Source of the DNA: a virus
DNA length: 64,000 bases
Virus record (IMG/VR): IMGVR_UViG_3300048930_001424
Span: 26,257-90,256 of that record
Reading direction: 5' to 3' (one strand)
Shown here piece by piece: positions 10,301 to 20,240 of the stretch. A program made the translations under genes and the position numbers. The notes below the pieces were generated by a model, which was not told where the DNA came from, did not search any database, and saw only the letters and a program-made list of their open reading frames with translations. Within the stretch, counting starts at the first letter, position 1; each line of letters opens with the position of its first letter.

Positions 10301-10925
10301 CGCCGCCGCCCGCGGCAAGCAGGCCGAAAAGGCGCGATCAGGCAACCGCACCGCCGCGAAAGAACTGGAGGAGATCAAGCGGGCGCAGCGTGATCTCACG
10401 GCCCGCCGTGACCGAGCCATCGCGGTCATCCGCCGCGAGCCGGAACTGATCGGTCTTGCCCCGATTCATTTCGTCGCTCACGCTCTCGTGGTGCCATCCT
10501 CAGACCCGCTCGATCGCGAGCGACACGACGCTGATGTTGAGCATGTCGCCATGCAGATCGCTTGGGCATGGGAGGAATCAGAGGGAGCCGTCGTCAAGGA
10601 CGTGCATACGCCAGAACTCGCGCGGGCGGCGGGCTTGCCGGATTACCCGGGCTTCGATCTGTTGTCGGTGCGGCCGAGCGGTGAGAAACGGGGCATCGAG
10701 GTCAAGGGCCGTGCCGCGACCGGCGACGTGGAGTTGTTCTCCAACGAGTGGGCCAAGGCGTGCAACATGGGGCCGTCTTACTGGCTTTATGTGGTCTACG
10801 ACTGCGCCACTCCAACGCCGCGACGTGCGCGCGTCCGCGACCCATTCAATCGTCTGCTCGCCAAGGCAAAGGGCAGCATCCTCATCAGCGCTAAGCAGAT
10901 TCTCTCTGTGGAAGGCGATGCCTGA
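7356..10925 (+). CDS. XRE-HTH / SNF2 helicase / DUF3883 nuclease
   Basis: N-terminal HTH; LLADDAGAGKT, FDEAHK, LLLTATPH, EQRMGRIHRYGQ; C-terminal GFDLLS…IEVKGR. Confidence 0.9.
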   Translation: MPPARPSSPVPADYGAKIKELRGRLGLTQVRLSERLGVSFATVNRWENAQSRPSPLAWQQILELGGDEEAVAEVPEDRPRSAVMDFTGRPDAIRALAEGERLSFGHMTNPVFATEIAQIDPLPHQRIAVYDHMLKQPRLRFLLADDAGAGKTIMSGLYIREMLSRRLLRRILVVPPAGLVGNWRRELSTLFSLSFRIVEGSEAASGNPFIGDDSDRVIVSVDTLSGPRVFGRLREPEVQPYDLVIFDEAHKLAADRGGDLRVRRTERYRLAEALAGVPDLDEAWTLPWSAANLLLLTATPHMGKDYPYFALWRLLNPSVISTPEAFNEYPPDQRGLHFIRRTKEEMVTLTGRPLYPTRISDTLGYALSQGEVSEQALYDGTTEYLRFIYNKAKMLNRSAARLAMSVFQRRLASSTFALLRSFERRIERLTTLIEDVQAGKITMEQIITLQRRISDDDDVFDSKTADDERSPVDGGEENEKAEQSLLQGVIAASIADLIAERDQVQELRDLAQRVYDKGVESKFEKLREVILEDRFAHEKLIVFTEHRDTLTFLVRRLNGMGYTGQVAQIHGGMHYSEREEQVEKFRKPIAEGGARFMICTDAAAEGINLQFCWVMINYDVPWNPARLEQRMGRIHRYGQQHDPVIIMNLIAPETREGKVMETLLEKLERIRKQLKSDKVFDVIGRLFQGVSIKQYMEAAVEEDDAAAVAAKLGGILTAEQVEALAEREKSLFGDGGDVKRELPRIRAEIDNEAYRRLLPGYVRQYIENAAPLVDIEIDGDARSFFSFKPARRGAIDRILPTLDFYPTRLHELLTVSRPPSKADGIWVHPGEPVFEQFRAIVSDRLSAEAAKGGVFVDPDAERPYLFHLALVSVVRDADPQMPELGAASTFESRLVGVKQFEGTELQVCPVEHLLLLKGGTGLPAAAQRLAVAAPGLRDQAAAFIVERVARQLAIDRKNRLLSTIEEREAFLRRGFSYQEAELAAARGKQAEKARSGNRTAAKELEEIKRAQRDLTARRDRAIAVIRREPELIGLAPIHFVAHALVVPSSDPLDRERHDADVEHVAMQIAWAWEESEGAVVKDVHTPELARAAGLPDYPGFDLLSVRPSGEKRGIEVKGRAATGDVELFSNEWAKACNMGPSYWLYVVYDCATPTPRRARVRDPFNRLLAKAKGSILISAKQILSVEGDA

Positions 10926-10961
10926 GATTGTCCTGGTCGGATTCTCGTGGGAAGCTCCCTT

Positions 10962-12032
10962 ATGGCAGACACACACTCCAAGTCCATTTGTGCAACTCTG
11001 GCAGACTACCGGCATGGCGAGATCGCTGCTCGAACGCCAGCCGATGTCGATCGATGGATTAATCAGTTTGACAAGGGCGATCGAGACGTGGTCCTTCAGG
11101 AGACGGACCGGTTATTGCAAAAGCACTACGTCAGCGGAAAGGCCGCCAGGGCGTTCATCGACAGCATCTGGGCGACACAGAAGCTGATGGGAGCGTCGGC
11201 CGCATCAACAGTTGGCGGGTTCAAGTTCTTGGAGGTTGCCCGTAAGGGGGCAAGCCAAGGCGCCATGATCGAGTTGGCGAGATCTAGCCTCAAGCAGGCT
11301 CTCCGACTTGATCTCGATGCGTGCGGCAAGAGCCCTACGGCATACGTCTATTTAGATGACTGCCTTTTTTCCGGCAACACCGTTGTGCACGATCTCAAGG
11401 ATCACGTTGACGACCTGGCCAAGAACTCGACTGTCCACATGGTGTTCCTCGGCGGACACAACGGCGGGGTCAGGTACATCACGAAAGCTCTCGCACCCAT
11501 CCTCGCCAAGCGTGGGATCAAGCACAACGTATGGACGATCCCCACTCACACCTTTCAGAATCTACCCTGGGAGCCGGAGTCCTTCCAGCCGATGTGGCCC
11601 ACCGAGGTGAAGGGTGACAAGCTGGTCGATGCCTACCTGGCTCGCGTGCAGAAAGCGTGTGAGGGCAAGTCCTTCACGCCCAGGCTGTTCCGGCCTCAGG
11701 CACGGACCAAAGAGGACGTGTTCTCTTCCCCTGCGGCGCGTCAAGCTGTTGAGACCGCGTTTCTGCGCAAGGGAGCATTCATTGTCGCGCAGTGCCAGAA
11801 CCCGAAGGACAGCATGCGTCCGCTCGGCTACGAGTATCTGAGCTCACTCGGGTTTGGGGCGTTGATTGTGACCTACCGCAACATCGCGAACAACTGCCCC
11901 TTGGCGCTGTGGTGGGGCGATCCGAATGCCGCCAAGTCACATCCGCTCTCGAAGTGGTTCCCGTTGATCCCCCGTAGAAGCAATCAGGAGACTGCGAGCT
12001 CATCCTTCAGTGCTGACGATTACGACTTCTGA
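10962..12032 (+). CDS. Phosphoribosyltransferase-like protein (PRTase-CE type)
   Basis: YVYLDDCLFSGNTV PRPP loop; C-terminal PLGY…NIANNCPLALWW…WFPLIPRR. Confidence 0.75.
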   Translation: MADTHSKSICATLADYRHGEIAARTPADVDRWINQFDKGDRDVVLQETDRLLQKHYVSGKAARAFIDSIWATQKLMGASAASTVGGFKFLEVARKGASQGAMIELARSSLKQALRLDLDACGKSPTAYVYLDDCLFSGNTVVHDLKDHVDDLAKNSTVHMVFLGGHNGGVRYITKALAPILAKRGIKHNVWTIPTHTFQNLPWEPESFQPMWPTEVKGDKLVDAYLARVQKACEGKSFTPRLFRPQARTKEDVFSSPAARQAVETAFLRKGAFIVAQCQNPKDSMRPLGYEYLSSLGFGALIVTYRNIANNCPLALWWGDPNAAKSHPLSKWFPLIPRRSNQETASSSFSADDYDF

Positions 12033-12045
12033 ATCGAACACCCAC

Positions 12046-15000
12046 ATGGCCAGAACACCAGAAACCCGCACCTACGACCGCGCGACCTCTGTGGTCTTCC
12101 TGAAGACCAAAGAGCGATTCGGTGGGCTGTCGAACATGGCGGGAGGGTTTCCATTGCAAGTTTGTGGCCGTCGCATCTTGACATCTGAGGCGTTGTACCA
12201 AGCGTGCCGGTTCCCGCACATGCCGGACATTCAGGAACTCATCGTCGATCAGTCGAGCCCGATGACTGCGAAGATGAAGAGCAAGCCCTACCGGAGTCAG
12301 TCCCGGGCGGATTGGGATGCTGTCCGCGTCACCATCATGCGCTGGTGTTTGCGCGTGAAGCTGGCTCAGAACTTCAAGTCGTTTAGCCGACTCCTGCGAG
12401 AGACGGGTGATCGGCCGATTGTCGAGGAGTCCCGCAAGGACGACTTCTGGGGCGCGAAGCCCTCCACGCCAGACCGGCTTGAAGGCAAGAACGTCCTCGG
12501 TCGCTTGCTTATGGAGCTTCGCCAACTCGTTCTGGCGACGGCGGACGACACGCTTCAGTCCGTCGACCCACCGGCCTTGCGTGAGTTTCTGATTTTTGGT
12601 CAACCGATCGGGCGGATTGGCGCGGGCGCGGCGGCACCCGCGCCCATGTCTGTCGCGGCGCTGTTCGCCGACGCTCCCGAGACATTGGAAGAAGCAAAGC
12701 CCATCACGGCCTCATCCGCTGGTCTCATCTCGCCCCCTGTGCCTGCTGTCGTTCCCGTGAGCATCACAATGACCGACCACCCACGCCTCATCGAACACGC
12801 CTTCCCATTGAAACAGGCGTCATTGGACTCCGTTCATGAGAAGAACGTGCGCCATGGCCACATTTCTACGATCCATCTCTGGCCAGCACGGCGACCCCTC
12901 GCTGCTTGCCGGGCGGCACTGATCGCCACTCTACTGCCGGACCCCGGCACGCCCGAAGGCCGTCTGGCGCTGTGTGAGAAGATTGGCGGACGAGTGGTCA
13001 AGCGGATCGAGAAGAAGAAAATGCCGAACGGCTCCACGGTCGAGCGAGAAAAGCTCGACACTGAAGGGGGCATCCTCCACTGGGGGCGAGAAGTTGAGAA
13101 CGTGGAGGCGATGGAGTGGTTCCGCCAGGAGATTCGCAAGGCCCACGGCGGCCGCGCTCCAAAGGTGCTTGACCCTTTTTCGGGTGGTGGCGCAATCCCG
13201 CTCGAAGCCATGCGACTGGGATGCGAAGCGACGGCCGTGGACATCAACCCGGTCGCATGGTTCACGCTCAAGTGCACTCTTGAATACCCGCAAAACCTCG
13301 CTGGTCAGACGTGTAGGCTCCCCGCATTCATTCTGCGCAATGAGGCCTTCATGTTCGAGTTCTTCACGAAGGCAAAGGGGATGAGCAAGGGCCAGGCCGC
13401 CAAGGCGATGGAACGGCTGGGACGGAAGCTCAAAGACGGAGAGCAGACTAACTTGGATTTCGGAGCCGCCGCGGGCGAACTCGACGCAGACATGGCATGG
13501 CACGTGCGGGCGTGGGGGCGATGGGTCCTAGAACGCGCCCGGCACGACCTATTCAAGTACTACCCGACTTACGCTGACTTCGAACCGCTTAAAGACAGCG
13601 GTAAGGTCTACGAGCGCCAGCCGATGCGCCTCGTTCCTGCGAATGAGAGCGGCGTTGCCGATTGTGATTCGCTCAACAGGGAGTTCTCAAAGGACTACCT
13701 GGCAGTCGCGGGCAATCCGCGGTGGTTGTCCAAACCGACAGTGGCGTATCTCTGGGCCCGCACAGTCACCTGCAAGAACTGTCGGGCAACGGTCCCATTG
13801 CTAAAGACACGCTGGCTTTGCAAGAGCGACAGAAAGCGGGTCGTTCTGACGATGACGCCACGTGCAGACGGGACTGGCGTTGTGTTCGGTATCGACAGCC
13901 AGGTTGAGAGCAAGGGTGGCAACGCAGCGCAGAAGAGGGAGCACGACAAAAAGGTCGGCGCGGGCACCATGAGCCGCGCCGGTGCCAAATGCCCCTGCTG
14001 TCCGAGCATCATGACGATGGAGGACATTCGCTTGGAGGGACAGGCCGGGCGACTCGGAAGTGTGATGACCGCAGTCGTCGCGGATGAACCTCAGGGCAAG
14101 ACTGGAAAGTCGTATCGCTTGCCGACTCGAGAGGAGCTCGAAGCGGCATCACTTGAGGAAGAGGCGATCAAGTCTGCATTCGCGGCCGTGCCGTTTGGCG
14201 TGCCTGAAGAGCCGACGCCCAGCGCTGATGCACTGGGCATGCGCATCCCGCTCTACGGATTCAACAAATGGAGAACGCTTTTCACTCCTCGGCAGTTGCT
14301 TGCCCTTGGTGTTTTCGTCACCGACACGCGCGACGCTCGCAACGAAATGACCACTCACGGATACTCAGAAGAGTGGGTCGAAGCGGTTGGGGCTTACCTA
14401 GCGTGTGGCATCGATCGCCTATTGGATTTCGCCAACTGCGGCACGCAATGGAAGCTCGACGCGAGCACCATCAACCACTCGTTCGTCCGCTTCGCTTTAC
14501 CGATTACCTGGGACTACGCAGAGGGGAATCTCCTCGGCGAAAGCGCGGGAAGTTATCTGATTTGCCAAGATCGGATCGCCACGGCCTTGGACACGTTTTG
14601 CGAGTGGAAGTTCAGGTCTCCGGCACCGAAGATCATCCGCCAGTCATCTGTGCAGCCCACGCGAGGCGAATTTGATCTCATCCTGACAGATCCACCGTAC
14701 TACGACGCAATCCCCTATTCGGATCTCATGGATTTTTTCTATGTGTGGCTTCGTCGAATGGTCGCCGGAGTAAGCAAGGACATCGATCTGGCATTTCAGG
14801 GCGACCTGTCGCCAAAATGGAGCGATGACGAGAACGATGGCGAGCTCGTTGACGACTCCAGCCGCCACAAGGGCGATGCGGCGAAGAGCAAACAAGTCTA
14901 CGAGGACGGCATGGCCCGCGTCTTCACTCAATGCGCGGCCGTCCTCAAACCACAAGGCCGCCTGGTAATCGTTTTCGCCAACAAACAGCCCGACGCCTGG

Positions 15001-16092
15001 GAAACGCTCGTCTCAGCGATCATTCGTGCGGGGTTCACAGTGGACGGAACCTGGCCCATCCAGACGGAGCAGGCGAGCCGAATGCGAGCGATTTCCTCTG
15101 CCGCCCTCGCGTCTTCCGTTTGGCTTGTGTGCAAGAAGCGTTCTGCGACCGCCACTGCGGGATGGGACAACCGCGTCGTCGAAGAGATGCGGACAAACAT
15201 CGGCAGGCGACTTCAAGAGTACTGGGATGCGGGGATCAAGGGGCCGGACTTCATCTGGGCAGCGACTGGCCCGGCTCTTGAAGCATTCAGCAAACATCCG
15301 GTCGTCAAGAAGGCCAACGGCCCCGGCACCATGAGTGTCACCGAGTTCCTCACGCACGTCCGTCGCCTCGTGGTGGACTACGTCGTCGGCCAGGTGCTTT
15401 CGGGCACGGATGGTGCCAGCGGAGTAGTTGGGAGTGGTGCGGCCGCCGACAGGTTGGATGAAGCCACGGCCTACTACTTACTTCACCGCAACGATTTTGG
15501 TCTCGGTGAAGCTGCCGTGGGCACCGTCATCCTCTACGCCGTCTCGTGCGGACTCTCCGACCGCGACTTGGTTGATACTTGGGAATTGGCCGTCATGGTC
15601 GGTGATGACACTGTCACAGCCGATGATGCAGAAGACGAAGCTCAAGACGGTGGTGACGGACCTTCCGAGGATGAGTCAGGTAGCAAGGGGAGCACCATCC
15701 GCCTAAAGCGATGGAGTGAACGCACAGGTCGGAGCAGCGCCTCCATCGGCTACGAAGCCCCCGGCGGACGACCCGTGCCGCTCATCGATCGTGTCCACCG
15801 CGTGATGCAGTTGTACAAGGCTGGCGACATCGGTAAGGTTGACGAGTATCTTGACGAGCACGGTCTGCGCCGTCACGAACTGTTTAAGCGTGTAATCCAG
15901 TCACTGATCGAGGTGTCGCGCCGGGAGCGAGGGACGGCCGCGGGCGGTCGTGATGATCACGGCGACGAGACGACGCTACTCGAAGCTCTCAGCAACCACA
16001 TCGGGGCCAAGGGTGCGAAGCGGCAGACAGGCCAGCGCGAACTAAGCGAGACCACCGACAATTGGACGCCGACCTCGGCGTCGGCGGAGTAA
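12046..16092 (+). CDS. NADAR domain fused to DUF1156 adenine DNA methyltransferase
   Basis: NADAR motifs FGGLSNM, SEALYQA, IVEES..DDFWG, GKNVLGRLLMELR; then HLWPARRPL, DPFSGGG, CKNC/CPCC, TDPPYYD; one open frame. Confidence 0.88.
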   Translation: MARTPETRTYDRATSVVFLKTKERFGGLSNMAGGFPLQVCGRRILTSEALYQACRFPHMPDIQELIVDQSSPMTAKMKSKPYRSQSRADWDAVRVTIMRWCLRVKLAQNFKSFSRLLRETGDRPIVEESRKDDFWGAKPSTPDRLEGKNVLGRLLMELRQLVLATADDTLQSVDPPALREFLIFGQPIGRIGAGAAAPAPMSVAALFADAPETLEEAKPITASSAGLISPPVPAVVPVSITMTDHPRLIEHAFPLKQASLDSVHEKNVRHGHISTIHLWPARRPLAACRAALIATLLPDPGTPEGRLALCEKIGGRVVKRIEKKKMPNGSTVEREKLDTEGGILHWGREVENVEAMEWFRQEIRKAHGGRAPKVLDPFSGGGAIPLEAMRLGCEATAVDINPVAWFTLKCTLEYPQNLAGQTCRLPAFILRNEAFMFEFFTKAKGMSKGQAAKAMERLGRKLKDGEQTNLDFGAAAGELDADMAWHVRAWGRWVLERARHDLFKYYPTYADFEPLKDSGKVYERQPMRLVPANESGVADCDSLNREFSKDYLAVAGNPRWLSKPTVAYLWARTVTCKNCRATVPLLKTRWLCKSDRKRVVLTMTPRADGTGVVFGIDSQVESKGGNAAQKREHDKKVGAGTMSRAGAKCPCCPSIMTMEDIRLEGQAGRLGSVMTAVVADEPQGKTGKSYRLPTREELEAASLEEEAIKSAFAAVPFGVPEEPTPSADALGMRIPLYGFNKWRTLFTPRQLLALGVFVTDTRDARNEMTTHGYSEEWVEAVGAYLACGIDRLLDFANCGTQWKLDASTINHSFVRFALPITWDYAEGNLLGESAGSYLICQDRIATALDTFCEWKFRSPAPKIIRQSSVQPTRGEFDLILTDPPYYDAIPYSDLMDFFYVWLRRMVAGVSKDIDLAFQGDLSPKWSDDENDGELVDDSSRHKGDAAKSKQVYEDGMARVFTQCAAVLKPQGRLVIVFANKQPDAWETLVSAIIRAGFTVDGTWPIQTEQASRMRAISSAALASSVWLVCKKRSATATAGWDNRVVEEMRTNIGRRLQEYWDAGIKGPDFIWAATGPALEAFSKHPVVKKANGPGTMSVTEFLTHVRRLVVDYVVGQVLSGTDGASGVVGSGAAADRLDEATAYYLLHRNDFGLGEAAVGTVILYAVSCGLSDRDLVDTWELAVMVGDDTVTADDAEDEAQDGGDGPSEDESGSKGSTIRLKRWSERTGRSSASIGYEAPGGRPVPLIDRVHRVMQLYKAGDIGKVDEYLDEHGLRRHELFKRVIQSLIEVSRRERGTAAGGRDDHGDETTLLEALSNHIGAKGAKRQTGQRELSETTDNWTPTSASAE

Positions 16093-16098
16093 TCGAAC

Positions 16099-19000
16099 AT
16101 GGCAAAACTACCCTGGAAACCCTGGCACGAAGTGGTCAAGCTGCGGGACGATCTCAAGTCAGGCGAGCTGCCTCTGCACATGTTCGCTGCGGACCTCTAC
16201 GAGGTCCTGATGCAGAACGGCAAACGGCCGATCTACGAAAAACCGGAGAACTTCTTCGCGCTGACTTTCCCGACGCACAACCTGCGCGCCCTGGTTCGTG
16301 ACGTGGTGCTTCGCGTCGCAGGCAAAAATGACAAGGCTGTGCGCCAGTTGGAGCTCACATACGGCGGTGGCAAGACGCACACGCTCATCACACTCCGCCA
16401 TCTCGTGCATGATCCGTCGGCACTGCCGGACGTGCCCGCCGTCGGCGAGTTCGAGCAAGCGATTGGGATGAAGCCACCGAAGGCCCGCGTCGCTGGCCTG
16501 TGCTTTGACAAGCTCGACGTTGAGACGGGAATGGATGTTCGGTCGCCGGACGGCAAGGTCCGGCGGCTGAAGCAGCCCTGGAGCGTGCTCGCGTACCAGA
16601 TCGCGGGCGATGACGGGCTCAAGCTCCTGCACGCCGACAAGAAGGCCGAGGAACGCGAGTCAGCCCCCGCCGAGAACGTCCTCACCGAGTTGCTGGAGAT
16701 CCCGGTCAAGCAGGGCTTCGGCGTGCTCATCCTCATCGATGAGGTGCTGATGTATGTGCGCGAGAAGGTCGCCCTCGCGCCCGACTACCGGGCGCGTATG
16801 GTGAACTTCTTCCAGTACCTGACGCAGGCGGCTACAAAGGTGGACCGCTGCTGCATCGTGGCCTCGCTTCTGGCCAGCGACCCCAAGAAGAATGACGCCT
16901 TCGGCAACGAACTCAAGGCCGAGCTCTACGACATCTTCCAACGCCAACGAGAAGAGGCCGTCGAGCCGGTCGTAAAGGAGGACGTGGCCGAGGTGCTTCG
17001 GCGGCGGTTCTTCACGACCGAGTCCATCAAGACCCCCGGCGACTTCAAGCAGCATGTGATCGCCGCAATCAAGGGCATCGCCGACCTAGACGAGCAGACC
17101 GCCAAGCAGGGACTCGCGACGGAGGACCGCTACCTCAAGAGCTTCCCCTTCCACCCCGAACTGACGGAAGTCTTCTACAGCAAGTGGACCCAACTGGATG
17201 GCTTCCAGCGCACCCGTGGCGTGCTGCGGACGTTCGCGCTCGCGCTCCGCGAAGCGGAGAAGTGGGATACCAGCCCCCTCGTTGGTCCTGCGGCGTTCCT
17301 GACCGCGCCGGGCAAGAGCGGTCTTTCAGAGGCGGTGGGCGAACTCGTCACGGTGGCCGACACCGGCGGAGGCGACGGCGGCCGCCGCCAGGCGTGGACT
17401 GGCATCCTCGTGGGCGAGTTGGCGCAGGCCCAGAACATCCAGTTGGAGTCGGTCGGCCTGAGGTTCCGTGAGATCGAGGAGGCCGTGATCGCCACGTTCC
17501 TTCACTCTCAGCCCATCGGTCAGACAGCCAAGACGCGGGAACTCATGCTCCTGCTGGGGCCGACCCGCCCGTTCCGAATCGATTTGGAGAAGGGCCTCAC
17601 CCGCTGGGCACAAACGAGTCATTGGCTCGACGACCGCCTCGCACCCGGAGGGAACGACCTGCCCGCCCAGTGGCGGCTGGGCAACCGCCCGAACCTCAAC
17701 CAGATGCACTCCAAGGCTGCGGGCGAGATCTCCGATGATGTAGCTCGCGCCCGCCTGATCGATGAGATCGGCAAGACTAAGGCCCTGACCTCCGGCGCCT
17801 CAGCCGCTGGTGTGCGCGTTCACACGCTCCCTGCCAAGCCAAAGGAAATCGACGATGACGGCGTGTTCCGGTACGCAGTGCTGGGACCGAGCGCGGCCTC
17901 GGAATCGGGCAAGCCGAGCGCCGAGGCCAAACGGTTCCTTGACGAGACCACAGGCGCGGAAAAGCCCCGCGTGTTTCGCAACTCCGTGCTGCTGCTGACC
18001 CCGTCAAAGGACGGGCTCGAAGTGGCGATGGCCCGCGTGCGCGAGCTCATGGCGTGGGACGTGGTCCAGAAGGACCTCAAGGAGCAGGAGAAAGAGGGGA
18101 ACGTCGATGCGTCGCGGTTGGCGACGTTGGCCATGAACATCGACAAAGCCAAGGGCCGCATTCCCGAAGCGGTGAAGCAGGCGTACTGCATCGTCGTGAC
18201 CGTGAACGACAAGGACGATGTCCACGCCTTCAAGATCACGGTCACCGACGATCCAATCTTTCAGACAATCAAAGAGGATCAGCGGTCACGCATTCAGGAC
18301 ACGGCGATCACCGCAGAGGCCCTCCTCCCCGATGGTCCGTATAGCCTCTGGAAAGAGGGCGAAACCAGTCGTCGCGTGAAGGACCTCGCCGGGGCGTTTG
18401 CGCAGATGCCGCACCTTCCGAAGATGCTCAAGTCGCAGGCGATCGTGGACACGTTGGTGGAAGGCTGCGCACAGGGTGCGTTCGTTTTGCGCCTGATGCG
18501 CCCCGACCGGACGTTCCGTACCTGGTGGAGGAGTCGCCCCGACGAGGCGGCGCTTAACGATCCCGCGCTCGAACTCGTGTTGCCGAAGGCAGCTGAACTC
18601 ACAGACGTGGATTCTGATCTGCTGCGGCAAGGCGCGCTGCCGAGCCTCTGGGCTGGCACTCAGATCACGGTTGCGGATGTGAAGTCGTATTTCAACGGCT
18701 CCAAGGTCGTTCAGGTTCAACGGGATGGGTACGAGGAACCCGTGCTGATTCCCAAGGCATCGAGCGAGGCGATCGAGCGGGGGGTGACGGAGGCAGTTGA
18801 GGCAGGGGCCATCTGGCTCACGTCTGGCCCGGCGAGCCTTTTGGGCGAACCGATCCCAGCAGGAATCCTCACCGACGCTGCGACGCTGCTCCCACCACCC
18901 GCGGCGATCACCGCTCCCGAAATCCTGCCCGAAAATCTGCCGTCGGCGTGGCAGGGCGGCGAAGCAACCGCCCTGGCGCTGGCCACCGCGCTGTCGCAGA

Positions 19001-19413
19001 ACGTGGGGAGGACGCTGCCGTGGAAAACCGTTCGAGACGTGATCGGCGGCGCGATCGCAGCGAGGTTTGTGTCCGTTGGTTCCGGGACATGGCCATGTGA
19101 CTTGGCCGGTGCGGGAGTCGTGCGGCTCAAGGTTGTCGCCGCTTCTGGCGGCGGAGGCGGAGGCGGGGGTGGCCCCGGCGAAGGCCGCAAGCAGAACGTT
19201 GCCATCGCCGCTGCGGACTTCGAGCCGTCTGAGATTCAGGACCTGAGCGACCACATGGCGCGGCTGCTTGAGATTCGTGCAAAGGCCAACGTGCCGATTC
19301 GCTTCCATGTCCGCGTGGAGCTTGGCGATGGGGCCAAGCCCCTGGACAAGAAACTCCTCGCGGAGTTCAACCAGGAACTGGCATCCCTCAAGGACGGGTT
19401 CTCTGTTCAATAA
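16099..19413 (+). CDS. DUF499 AAA+ ATPase
   Basis: FAADLYEV, YGGGKTHTL Walker A, LIDE Walker B, SFPFHPEL. Confidence 0.88.
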   Translation: MAKLPWKPWHEVVKLRDDLKSGELPLHMFAADLYEVLMQNGKRPIYEKPENFFALTFPTHNLRALVRDVVLRVAGKNDKAVRQLELTYGGGKTHTLITLRHLVHDPSALPDVPAVGEFEQAIGMKPPKARVAGLCFDKLDVETGMDVRSPDGKVRRLKQPWSVLAYQIAGDDGLKLLHADKKAEERESAPAENVLTELLEIPVKQGFGVLILIDEVLMYVREKVALAPDYRARMVNFFQYLTQAATKVDRCCIVASLLASDPKKNDAFGNELKAELYDIFQRQREEAVEPVVKEDVAEVLRRRFFTTESIKTPGDFKQHVIAAIKGIADLDEQTAKQGLATEDRYLKSFPFHPELTEVFYSKWTQLDGFQRTRGVLRTFALALREAEKWDTSPLVGPAAFLTAPGKSGLSEAVGELVTVADTGGGDGGRRQAWTGILVGELAQAQNIQLESVGLRFREIEEAVIATFLHSQPIGQTAKTRELMLLLGPTRPFRIDLEKGLTRWAQTSHWLDDRLAPGGNDLPAQWRLGNRPNLNQMHSKAAGEISDDVARARLIDEIGKTKALTSGASAAGVRVHTLPAKPKEIDDDGVFRYAVLGPSAASESGKPSAEAKRFLDETTGAEKPRVFRNSVLLLTPSKDGLEVAMARVRELMAWDVVQKDLKEQEKEGNVDASRLATLAMNIDKAKGRIPEAVKQAYCIVVTVNDKDDVHAFKITVTDDPIFQTIKEDQRSRIQDTAITAEALLPDGPYSLWKEGETSRRVKDLAGAFAQMPHLPKMLKSQAIVDTLVEGCAQGAFVLRLMRPDRTFRTWWRSRPDEAALNDPALELVLPKAAELTDVDSDLLRQGALPSLWAGTQITVADVKSYFNGSKVVQVQRDGYEEPVLIPKASSEAIERGVTEAVEAGAIWLTSGPASLLGEPIPAGILTDAATLLPPPAAITAPEILPENLPSAWQGGEATALALATALSQNVGRTLPWKTVRDVIGGAIAARFVSVGSGTWPCDLAGAGVVRLKVVAASGGGGGGGGGPGEGRKQNVAIAAADFEPSEIQDLSDHMARLLEIRAKANVPIRFHVRVELGDGAKPLDKKLLAEFNQELASLKDGFSVQ

Positions 19414-19445
19414 ATCCAGATGACGGGCATCGCTAAAGGAGCCCC

Positions 19446-20240
19446 ATGCCAGCTAATGCACGAGATACATTCCGGATCGACATCGCCCGCGCTCAGGCTT
19501 TGGTAGATCATGCGGCGTCGCTCCCGAGTGGCTCAGACCCGGAACATCTGTTGCGGGACGATGTGCTGCGTTCCGGCTGGATGTTCGCGGTTGGGGCGAT
19601 GGATGCCTATTTCTGCGATGCCTATGCAGACGTGATTGCCGCGACACTGATTTGCAAAGCGAGAGAACCGGGGGTCGTATTACCTGCCTTCGTGCTGAAG
19701 ATCCAAGTGCCAGTGGCGACGATCCTCGAGGCCTACACGGCTCGCCCGAACTGGAAGTGGCGCATGGCTGCCCGGGCCATGCTCGAGGAGGAAAACGCCT
19801 TGCAGATCGAGACGATTCGGAAGTGGTTCAACCCCTTCTTTGACAAGCCCGCAAAAGTGTTCTTTGAAGTCGTTCCAGCATGGCTCGCAGTTGCCCCAGC
19901 ACCTGACAGGCTCTTTGGCACGACCAATGCTGTCTTTTCCGCATTGGTCGGGAAGGCTCGTTCAGATGCCCACACGGAGGCCCGAGACGCGTTTCATGGT
20001 CGGTTGACTGAGATGGTCCAGCGGCGGCACGACTGCATCCATGCCTGCGACCGTCCCGGCAACTCGCCGCAGCCAATTGCGGGGCCGGGCACCGTTGGAA
20101 ACGTCATTCGCGACATTACCTTTGTGGTCGAGCAGTTCAACACCCATCTCGATACCGAGTTCCGGCGCTGGCTCGCCTGCGGCGGTGTGCCGGGGTCCAC
20201 GGGCTTTTCAAACGCCGCGATTCAGCAGGTGGGGTATTGA
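19446..20240 (+). CDS. HEPN-domain protein, putative RNase
   Basis: AVGAMDAYF helix and RHDCIH (R-x4-H) motif. Confidence 0.65.
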   Translation: MPANARDTFRIDIARAQALVDHAASLPSGSDPEHLLRDDVLRSGWMFAVGAMDAYFCDAYADVIAATLICKAREPGVVLPAFVLKIQVPVATILEAYTARPNWKWRMAARAMLEEENALQIETIRKWFNPFFDKPAKVFFEVVPAWLAVAPAPDRLFGTTNAVFSALVGKARSDAHTEARDAFHGRLTEMVQRRHDCIHACDRPGNSPQPIAGPGTVGNVIRDITFVVEQFNTHLDTEFRRWLACGGVPGSTGFSNAAIQQVGY

